A DNA stretch of 64,000 bases from a plasmid: sequence record NZ_CP018188.1; one strand, given 5' to 3'. A model generated the notes under the pieces. It was given only the letters and a program-made list of their open reading frames with translations. It was not told where the DNA came from and did no database searches. A program made the position numbers and the translations under genes. Below, piece by piece: positions 19,185 to 27,776 of the stretch (its first letter is position 1; every line of letters starts with the position of its first letter).

Positions 19185-20700
19185 TTGATCCATAAAAGGG
19201 CATGCTAAAAAACACCTCATCTGGTATTTTTTGAAACAAGGTGTTACCCTAATACGGCATAGACAGCCTTATCGATTTTGGGCCAAAGAGTAATCGTCAA
19301 GTTTGTTATGCGTAATGAGGTAAAGCATTGTCTGAATGAGACGATGTATAGAGGCAATCGTATGTGGCTTAGTTGAAGCTATTATCGATTGTCTTTTTCG
19401 TTTCTCATAAAAGTTAGCGATATGGCAGGGATTAGTATGACTAGCTGAAGCGATGTTATGAATGCACTTGTACAGAATTTTTCTTGCATAAGGATTCCCA
19501 CGCTTAGTGATGTGTTCCTTGGCGAGAAAGTTCCCGATTCATAGTGTCTCAGGTCAATACCAATAAAAGCGTTGATTTGATTGGTAGACTGAAAGCGACG
19601 AATATCTTCCAATTCGCCAATGATAGATGTCGCTGTGGTTTCTGCGATGCCAGGAATTGACCATAAGATGTCATACTCTTGTAAAGGCTGAACTAGAGCT
19701 ACCATGTTGTTTAAGACAACTTGTCTGCGTTCAGAAAGACGAAGCAATTCTTGAGCATAGTAACGGACCTCTTCCATCATGGGAGAGGTTTTCTTGACCG
19801 CACAATAAGACCTATTAGCTAGTTCGACGAGTTTATCAGTTAGGTAAGCAATACGCTTTTCAGAGATACGTTTGGAGGTAGATTGGCGGATAATTTCACA
19901 CAAGTCACTTTGAGAAAGGCTTTATACAAACTCTTTGCATGGAAAAGCCATCAGTAAGTTCCAATATTGCTCTCCAGTTGGTGTGGATAAGAAATTTTCC
20001 AATTGAGGAAAAGTGACTTGTAGAACCTTGTGCAGACGGTTTTTAGCTCGAACAAGATCTTCATTCATATTTTGATAGAAACGGCTTAAATCACGTAGAT
20101 GTTGATAAACTTCTTGCTGCACGTAAGTTGGTTTACGATTGTGCACAAGCTAAGAATTAGCCAACTTTTCAGCGTCAATTTTATCTGTTTTACGAACTCA
20201 CAAACTGTTCAATTGCTTCTTAGCTTCCAGTGGATTTAGCTGTGTGTAAGCGTAACTATATTCCTCAAGGAAGGCTTGAAGACGTCGAGAATAGACGCCT
20301 GTAGCCTCAAATATAATCTCAGGGCTATGAACAGTTTTCAAGTCGCCCAACAGGCGATTGAATCCAATGGCATCATTGAGTATGGTGTAGCCATGAACCT
20401 TTTCACCGTTGACTAAAATTGCCACCTCAGAACTTGTTTTACTTACATCAATTCCAAATACTGCACGCATGACATTACCTCTTTTGTCTTGAATGATTCC
20501 TTATTTTAGTGATGTCCTTTTCAATACTCGACGTCTAGCATCCAACATACTTTGATAATATTCCATCTAAAACAGGTATCTTGCCAGTTTGTCAAGCGAC
20601 ATCTAACGCCATTGAACCCTACGACTTTACAAGACACCACTACTTTAACATAAAGAAAAAGTAGTGAGTACTCTCTCCCGTCGGAGATTTCTTCACTACT
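19185..20700 (-). mobile_element. IS110-family insertion sequence, copy B (inverted relative to copy A at 3187-4620)
   Basis: Reverse-complement identity with copy A across both flanking regions and the transposase fragments. Confidence 0.65.
19382..20470 (-). pseudogene. IS110-family transposase, fragmented (ORFs 20198-20470, 19922-20146, 19382-19903)
   Basis: MRAVFGIDVSKTSSEVAILVNGEKVHGY... and ...SIPGIAETTATSIIGELEDIRRFQSTNQINAFIGIDLRHYESG are paralogous to the copy A fragments. Confidence 0.7.
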
Positions 20701-20776
20701 AATCTTAGTATGTTCTATTTCACATAATCCCTAACAAATACAAAGATAAAGCTTAATTAAGTTGTTTGCCTACAAC

Positions 20777-21382
20777 TCAGAAGTCCATAAAATACCCTAA
20801 TTGCTCAGCTTTGTAGATAGCCTCTTGCTTATTATTTACTAGAAGTTTTGAATAGATATGATTCAAATGATTAAATACTGTTCTCCTACTAATTTGTAAC
20901 GTTTCCTCTATATCTTTAACAGAGAGACCTTTCTTACTCAAATTTAAGATTACTATTTCTCGGTCAGTTAAAGCTTCAACATAATCCTGAGATTCAATTT
21001 GTTCAAAATACTTTTTCCCAGAATCCACTTTTTTTAAGATAGAGATGAGTTGTTTAGGGTCTATATTTTTATCTACAAAACCGTATGCCCCTATTGTTTT
21101 TGCTCTCTCTTCATAGATTGACTTAACATATCCTGTCAGCATAACAACTTTCAAGTTAGGAGTAGACTGTATGAGTTCCTCCGCTATCTCCAATCCATTC
21201 TCTTTAGAAATATTTGTTAAATTAATATCAAGTAAAATAATATCGTATTTAGATAAATCAATCGTCACATCGTTAAAATTAGAAGTAATTGTATCTATAA
21301 CATCTACCTCATCATACTGTTGGCATAACAGTTGGATACTCTTTGCAAATAGTTTATGGTCATCAATTAATAAAATCTTCAT
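20777..21382 (-). CDS. salR: NarL/LuxR-family response regulator of the lantibiotic locus (201 aa)
   Basis: REC domain MKILLIDDH...DINL, and C-terminal LuxR HTH LTDREIVILNLSKKGLSVKDIEETLQISRRTVFNHL. Gene order matches salAMTXYKR. Confidence 0.8.
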   Translation of the reverse strand: MKILLIDDHKLFAKSIQLLCQQYDEVDVIDTITSNFNDVTIDLSKYDIILLDINLTNISKENGLEIAEELIQSTPNLKVVMLTGYVKSIYEERAKTIGAYGFVDKNIDPKQLISILKKVDSGKKYFEQIESQDYVEALTDREIVILNLSKKGLSVKDIEETLQISRRTVFNHLNHIYSKLLVNNKQEAIYKAEQLGYFMDF

Positions 21383-22925
21383 AGCATAATTTCCAATCTA
21401 TGGGAAGTAATATTCTGATATTGTATTGTTTATTATCTATTTGTAGCTCCATATCTCCATCAAAAGCTACTAGTGTTTCTTGAAATGATTTCAAACCTCT
21501 GCCATAATTTATAGATTGAACTTTTTCCACCACCTGATTGCTCTCCTCTATGATAATAATATCAGATTGAACCTTTAAAGATAAATGAATATCTTTACTG
21601 ACTCCATATTTTATAGCATTATTAATTAATTCTTTTATAAACCTGTAAACAATATCTCCATATGGAGGTGGGATTATTGTACTACTCGAACAGTTGAAAT
21701 ACAACAACTTATTACTTTTCCTCCTTTTAACAATATCATCAAAAAGAGACTGTATGTTTTCTTTCATTGTTCGATTAGAAGGAACTATTGGGTGATAAGT
21801 ATCAATTTCATCCCTGATACCAGAAACTAGATCATTCAACCCATTAACAATAAAACCATGTGTTATATCACTATTTTCTAAAGAGAGTAAGTTTTTTATC
21901 GCTATGACATTTTGCAAGACATCATCATGCAAATAATTTGAGAACTCCACTCTCATGTTTTCCTCCGATTTCATAAAATAGTTCAGTCTTCTATTTTCAT
22001 AGTCAAAATTTTGCTTAAAGTTTTCTAAATAACAAAAGATACAAGAAATTACCACTAGACAAAAAAACGTGCTTGCATCAACAACTATAAAAAATAGTAA
22101 AAAATCTTTAACTAGTACCTTTATAAGTATTACCCAACAAATGATAAGAAGTAGAAATAAAAGTTCTATACGAGTTTTGTAATCACCTAACCATCTTCGA
22201 GTAACTAGACTAAATTTATCATGTATGACCTTAAAATAGTATATTGTACTCATTATAAGGGGAAACAGATACCACCCCAAATTATTAAAGGCTTGATTAA
22301 CATCTAGCATCTCTCCATAAAATTCACTACCAAGTATTGCTAGCAAAAGCAAAGAAAATAATATCAATGAACGTCTTACAACTGATATTTGTTGCCTAAA
22401 ATACCTATAATATAGCACTATAACCAATAATGGATAAAGGTGTAAAATAGTAAAAACAACTAAGAATAAGAAATTAAATAAAGTTCTATTAACTAAAAGG
22501 CTAATTATAGAAACAAAAATGAACATTAATAAGCCCTTGTCTAGCTTATCTTTAAACTGTTTCTGCCCATATAATATTAAATCAGTAATCTCAACGGTAT
22601 AACAATAGAGCAATATAATTTGCAGACCACTACTAAAAAAGAGAGGAGTTTCCCTTGATAGCACAGATACCAAGTATTGCCAAATTGTTAAGAAAACGAT
22701 AGAAATAATTTTTTTAAAAATCCCATCTTGTTTTTGGCGTAATATTGCTGCCAGCCAAATAAAACCTGTATCAATAAGAGTCATTACAAGAGCTACTTTT
22801 TCAGAGAAAAGAAGAGACAAGTTTTCTCGATTATAGACCAAAATCAAAAAGGCTATTAATTGTTGTAACAAGATTATTGTGATCCCCAAAAATTTACTCT
22901 TTGCTTTTTTTTCTATTCTCATCAT
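21363..22925 (-). CDS. salK: membrane histidine kinase of the lantibiotic locus (520 aa)
   Basis: Multiple N-terminal transmembrane segments. H-box YLHDDVLQNV. C-terminal HATPase region. Overlaps salR by 20 nt. Confidence 0.75.
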   Translation of the reverse strand: MMRIEKKAKSKFLGITIILLQQLIAFLILVYNRENLSLLFSEKVALVMTLIDTGFIWLAAILRQKQDGIFKKIISIVFLTIWQYLVSVLSRETPLFFSSGLQIILLYCYTVEITDLILYGQKQFKDKLDKGLLMFIFVSIISLLVNRTLFNFLFLVVFTILHLYPLLVIVLYYRYFRQQISVVRRSLILFSLLLLAILGSEFYGEMLDVNQAFNNLGWYLFPLIMSTIYYFKVIHDKFSLVTRRWLGDYKTRIELLFLLLIICWVILIKVLVKDFLLFFIVVDASTFFCLVVISCIFCYLENFKQNFDYENRRLNYFMKSEENMRVEFSNYLHDDVLQNVIAIKNLLSLENSDITHGFIVNGLNDLVSGIRDEIDTYHPIVPSNRTMKENIQSLFDDIVKRRKSNKLLYFNCSSSTIIPPPYGDIVYRFIKELINNAIKYGVSKDIHLSLKVQSDIIIIEESNQVVEKVQSINYGRGLKSFQETLVAFDGDMELQIDNKQYNIRILLPIDWKLCYEDFIN

Positions 22926-22964
22926 ATTATTTACTAAATCGTTAAAGTTAAAAAGTTTTTAGAA

Positions 22965-24872
22965 TTAATTGTTTATTATTGATTTCACTGACCGCAATGT
23001 CAATAAATAAAATGTGCCATATATTATCAAAAAGAAAAACAGAAAAAGCAACAAAGATAGCATTATAACATTGCCTGCAACCAATGTATCCATAAATAAA
23101 TATTTATAGAAAATAAGCAACATACTACCATTTATTATCCCAATTAATACAGGAATAAGGAAAAGTATACCTATTTCATATCCGACAATCCGATTAATCA
23201 TTTTCTTACTATAACCTAACTTACTCAGATAGCTATATTCTTCTTTATTTTCCATGATTTCTATGAGGCTTGTAAAGTATAGAATACTACCTGTACAAAT
23301 AATAAAGAGTATGGATAGGAAGGTTATAAAGATATAAGTCGCAATATTAGCAGTCTTTACTGTGTGTTCCCTACTATAACTACTGATAACATCAGGAACC
23401 GTACTAAACTGATTGTAAAATGTTTCGCTTGACCTAATTGAATCTCCATTAAAAGTCCTAATTGTCATTTTTTTCTCTGGAAAACGAGAACTAAGCTCAG
23501 CATATAATTTATCAGAAACCACCAGAGTCGTGACACTTGTAGAAAAACTAAAAACATTATTCGTTGATACTTGTTTTACAGTAACATCGTATGCATTTTC
23601 CAAATTAAAGGTTTTCCCTAGGCTAATTTCTGTTGGAAAATAATTTATTAACAATGGTAGTGACTCACTACCTTCAATAGAATTTTTTCTTCCTTGAGCT
23701 TTCATTAACTCTTTATAATCACTGTAATTAATTATATCAAAATAAGGAATTGTTTGCCCAGATTCTGTGATAGTCACTTCTGGGTTAGTGTTCAATCTCA
23801 ATAGGTTAATATCAACTAAACTCACTTGCCCATTCTCTAAAATATTTGTAACATTGACTTGACCATTTTCTGATTCAACATTATATTCTATCGCAGATGG
23901 AGTCAATCTTTCTATTCCATTAAGAGAATAAGCATAAAGCATTACCATAATTCCAGTAACTGAAACGGTTAGTGTTAAAAGCCCCCCCAAGACTGTTAAT
24001 AATTTATTTTTTGTCGCAATACGATAGTTAAATTTAGGATAGATAATATTAGAGAGAGGACGATATAACCTTTTTTTCTTTTCTTTTAAGAAAGAAATTA
24101 CAAAAGTCAATCCATATCTGATTGTAAAAATTGAGCCTAAAATAACTAAGATAATTATCAAAAGAGAAATTGGTACCATCCCTACGCTTAATAGCATCTT
24201 TCGTGTGGATGAAAACACTGTCGTCAAACATAAAACATATGACAATAATAATGCGGTAATAGCAATAATAGCTCTGACTTTTCTTATCCTGATTTTTTTC
24301 TCAGCCTTTTTTGAGAAATTAACAAATTCAATCAATGACTGTTTAGCAATAATAACTCCATTTGTGATGAAATTAATCAGAAAAACTACGACTAATATTC
24401 CTAAAGACTCTATAATCTCTTTAACTGTAATAAACCACTGAACTTCCATTGTAAAATCCAATAGATGAGTAATTACCAGTACAGCTAAAAAATATAAAGT
24501 AGGTCCTAGCAATAAACTTACCAAGTAACTCAGAACTAGAATAACAAGATTTTCTAAAGTTAGTAATTTTGTTAATTCTCTTTTTGAAAACCCTAGTATT
24601 GCTAAGACTCCAAGGTCTTGACTGCGTTTTTTTACAAAGAAATTATTGAAGTAGATTAAGAATACCACCAAAAATACAATCAAAAATAACAATGAACCAT
24701 TAGCGATAACTAGAGCTTGACCACTATCCTCAATTTTTTCTGCGATGATTTTATCTGAAATAAAATTTAAAAAAGCTATAAAAATACTTAATAAACCGAT
24801 CGTAGCTAGAAAATAGATACGATATAACGGAAAATTCTTTTTAATGTTAGATTTTGTAATTGACCAAATCAT
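22965..24872 (-). CDS. salY: FtsX-like ABC transporter permease (635 aa), immunity/export
   Basis: About 10 transmembrane segments with a large extracellular loop (BceB/MacB-like). Adjacent to an ATPase gene. Confidence 0.7.
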   Translation of the reverse strand: MIWSITKSNIKKNFPLYRIYFLATIGLLSIFIAFLNFISDKIIAEKIEDSGQALVIANGSLLFLIVFLVVFLIYFNNFFVKKRSQDLGVLAILGFSKRELTKLLTLENLVILVLSYLVSLLLGPTLYFLAVLVITHLLDFTMEVQWFITVKEIIESLGILVVVFLINFITNGVIIAKQSLIEFVNFSKKAEKKIRIRKVRAIIAITALLLSYVLCLTTVFSSTRKMLLSVGMVPISLLIIILVILGSIFTIRYGLTFVISFLKEKKKRLYRPLSNIIYPKFNYRIATKNKLLTVLGGLLTLTVSVTGIMVMLYAYSLNGIERLTPSAIEYNVESENGQVNVTNILENGQVSLVDINLLRLNTNPEVTITESGQTIPYFDIINYSDYKELMKAQGRKNSIEGSESLPLLINYFPTEISLGKTFNLENAYDVTVKQVSTNNVFSFSTSVTTLVVSDKLYAELSSRFPEKKMTIRTFNGDSIRSSETFYNQFSTVPDVISSYSREHTVKTANIATYIFITFLSILFIICTGSILYFTSLIEIMENKEEYSYLSKLGYSKKMINRIVGYEIGILFLIPVLIGIINGSMLLIFYKYLFMDTLVAGNVIMLSLLLFLFFFLIIYGTFYLLTLRSVKSIINN

Positions 24873-24873
24873 A

Positions 24874-25611
24874 TTACTCTCCTCTATCGGATAAAGCTTG
24901 ACTAATTACATCGTAAAACGACTCTCCACAATCTTTTTTATCAATCTCCATGTGAAGTTTCCCATCTTTGAGGAGTATAACTCTGTCGGCATAAGAAGCT
25001 GATAAAACATCATGAGTAACCATTAGAATAGTTACCTTTTCCGTTTTATTGATTTCACTCAAAATCATCATTGTTTCCTCAGAAGATTTCAAGTCAAGTG
25101 CTCCTGTTGGTTCGTCAGCAAAAATAATTTCTGGGTCTTTAATGATTGCTCTGATAATACTGACCCTCTGTCTTTGACCTCCAGAAAGTTGATAAGGGTA
25201 TTTTTTCAACTGCTCATATAAATTAAATCTTTTTGCATAGCTATTTATCAAATCATCAATCTTTGAAGAATCAACATTTTTTAGAGACAAAGCAACAGAA
25301 ATATTCTCCCTAATGGTTAGACTGTCTAACAGCATATAATCTTGAAAAACAAAACCAATATCATTTTTTCTAAAATTAGTTGCCTCCTTATCAGAGAATG
25401 TGCTAATCTCTTTATCCGCACAATAAATATTCCCACTATCAATTTTATCAATAATTGAAGTAACATTTAAAAGCGTCGTTTTCCCACTACCGCTACGCCC
25501 CATGACAGCTACAAATTCTCCTTTTTCCACAATCAAATTGATATGGTCTAGAGCATAATTCAGTTGATTGGGATATTTTTTGCAAACATCTTTTAATACT
25601 AATTGTTTCAT
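24874..25611 (-). CDS. salX: ABC transporter ATP-binding protein (245 aa)
   Basis: GRSGSGKTT (Walker A), LSGGQRQRVSIIRAI (signature) and IFADEPTGALD (Walker B). Confidence 0.8.
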   Translation of the reverse strand: MKQLVLKDVCKKYPNQLNYALDHINLIVEKGEFVAVMGRSGSGKTTLLNVTSIIDKIDSGNIYCADKEISTFSDKEATNFRKNDIGFVFQDYMLLDSLTIRENISVALSLKNVDSSKIDDLINSYAKRFNLYEQLKKYPYQLSGGQRQRVSIIRAIIKDPEIIFADEPTGALDLKSSEETMMILSEINKTEKVTILMVTHDVLSASYADRVILLKDGKLHMEIDKKDCGESFYDVISQALSDRGE

Positions 25612-27776
25612 TTTACCTCTTCCTCCTGATATTTATTCATATACGAGTCATATAAGTCACAATAATACTTATTATTTTTGTACAAATAATAATGGTTTCC
25701 ATAGTCAATAATTTTGCCATTATCCATTATTAAAATCTTATCAGCTTTTTCAACTGTATTAAGTCTGTGAGTAACCAAAACCCTCGTACAATGTAAAGCC
25801 TCAACATTTTTTTGGATTATTCTTTCAGTTTTTACATCTAAAGCTGATGTAGGTTCGTCAAGAACTAAGATTCTAGGGGTGGTTACAAGTTCTCTTGCTA
25901 AAGAAATCCGTTGTTTTTGCCCCCCAGATATTGACGGATTATCTCGAAAAAGTAGAGTATGAAACTTCATTGGCATACTCCTGATATCATCATATATTGA
26001 TACTCTTTTACAAGTTTCAATAACCTGTTCTCCTGAAACAGATTCTCTCCCTAGCGAAATATTATACATCACATCCCCATCAAACATGGGAGAATCTTGA
26101 GATACAAAAGCCGATATATTCCTAAAATCTTTTTTATCAATTTTAGAGTAGGATATATTGTTGTATGTGATGTCTCCACTACTAGGGCTTACATAGCCTA
26201 ACAACATCTTAGCTAGAGTTGTCTTTCCACTTCCACTTTTCCCTATAATTGCAACAAATTCTCCTGAATGGACTTTTAGGTTTATTCCATTTAACACCTT
26301 TACCCCATTTAACTCATATTGATAGTTTATATTTTTTAAATTTATCTCTATATCTGTATCCTCTGATAACTTATAAGTACCATTCGTCTCATTATCAAGA
26401 GTTGATATCTCTAATACCCTTTCGTAATACTTAACACCATATAGAATCTCATCAATCGAATTCAAAATATTATTAATGGGATTAATAAAATTTAAAACCA
26501 TCATATAAAGAAGAATAAGCTCACCACTGCCACTATTTGGTGAATAATATAGAAACAACAGAATTAACAAAATAGGTATGGAAAAAGTTATCACATAATT
26601 TACTGCTCCTAAAAGATTGAAATATCTATTTCTATCATATGTTGAATTGATATAGTCCTTAAAACTTTTATCCCATTTTGACAAAAGTTCTTTTTCAGAA
26701 TTTTTAGCTTTAAAAAGAAATAGCCCGTCCATCAGTGAAAAGAATGTTTGTAAAGAGTTCTTTTGTCTTAAAACTTCTTTACCTAACTTTTCTTGTTTAA
26801 TGCTTAGTGACAGGAAAAAAATCATCATTTCTACAATAAAAACTATACCTAATATAATTCCCAAAGGTGTGGAAACATATGTGATATAACTAATACTCGC
26901 AAACATTAAGATAATATCCAACCAGATAGAAATAATTCTTTCTGATAGTAACTCCCTCACAATCATCAAACCATTATATCTATGAATGATGTCTGTTTTA
27001 TCTATTTTTCCAATATATTCTATGGGAAGTTTCAATAACTTAGTCACAAACTTTTCTGAAATAGTGCTGTGAAATTTATTTTGCAATTTCACTAAAGAGA
27101 TATTCTTTAGAAAATAAAATCCTCCCTGAAAAAAAATTATTATAGAAAGTAGGACGGCACTTTCTAAATAGCCAAACTTTTTAAGGAAAACCCAATTTCC
27201 ATCAATAATTCCCCTTATAAAAAATGGAATTGACACTGTGATAATCTGAAAAATCAGAGTATATAGAATGGTTAAAAAAATATCCTTCCTATTTACAAAT
27301 ATCATTTCCTTTACGTTTCTGCCAACCAACCCTCGTTTGACTATTTTTTTTGAAGAATTAGTCACCTTATCATAAAAAAATTCGGTATAAAATTTAGGAG
27401 ACAATTCAAAAAATTCATTCTTTGCTAAGACATATTTCCCAACAGCAGGGTCAACAATAGTAAAGACATCATTACGGATATCCTCTAAAATTACAAAATG
27501 TGAATCTGAAACAAATACCATGACAGGTAAGTTTTCGGGATATTTGGAAAAACGATAAGTCTTACATGTAACTCCGTAGATAGATGCAATATCTGATATA
27601 TTCTTTATACTCAGTCCATTTCTCCCTAAATTGACTTGTTGTTTCAATTTAAAATATGTTTCTGAAATATCAAAATAATCCAACATCATATATAAACAAC
27701 ATAATCCACATTCAGTTGGAGTTGTTTGTTCAATCGGTGTAATTTTTCTCACTTTCAACACTCCCTTTTGGAACAT
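25608..27776 (-). CDS. salT: LanT-type bacteriocin-processing ABC transporter with N-terminal C39 peptidase domain (722 aa)
   Basis: C39 motif TPTECGLCCL. Transmembrane domain. GKSGSGKTT, ISGGQKQRISLAR and LVLDEPTSALD. The listed start overlaps salM by 47 nt, so the true start may be a downstream ATG. Confidence 0.85.
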   Translation of the reverse strand: MFQKGVLKVRKITPIEQTTPTECGLCCLYMMLDYFDISETYFKLKQQVNLGRNGLSIKNISDIASIYGVTCKTYRFSKYPENLPVMVFVSDSHFVILEDIRNDVFTIVDPAVGKYVLAKNEFFELSPKFYTEFFYDKVTNSSKKIVKRGLVGRNVKEMIFVNRKDIFLTILYTLIFQIITVSIPFFIRGIIDGNWVFLKKFGYLESAVLLSIIIFFQGGFYFLKNISLVKLQNKFHSTISEKFVTKLLKLPIEYIGKIDKTDIIHRYNGLMIVRELLSERIISIWLDIILMFASISYITYVSTPLGIILGIVFIVEMMIFFLSLSIKQEKLGKEVLRQKNSLQTFFSLMDGLFLFKAKNSEKELLSKWDKSFKDYINSTYDRNRYFNLLGAVNYVITFSIPILLILLFLYYSPNSGSGELILLYMMVLNFINPINNILNSIDEILYGVKYYERVLEISTLDNETNGTYKLSEDTDIEINLKNINYQYELNGVKVLNGINLKVHSGEFVAIIGKSGSGKTTLAKMLLGYVSPSSGDITYNNISYSKIDKKDFRNISAFVSQDSPMFDGDVMYNISLGRESVSGEQVIETCKRVSIYDDIRSMPMKFHTLLFRDNPSISGGQKQRISLARELVTTPRILVLDEPTSALDVKTERIIQKNVEALHCTRVLVTHRLNTVEKADKILIMDNGKIIDYGNHYYLYKNNKYYCDLYDSYMNKYQEEEVK

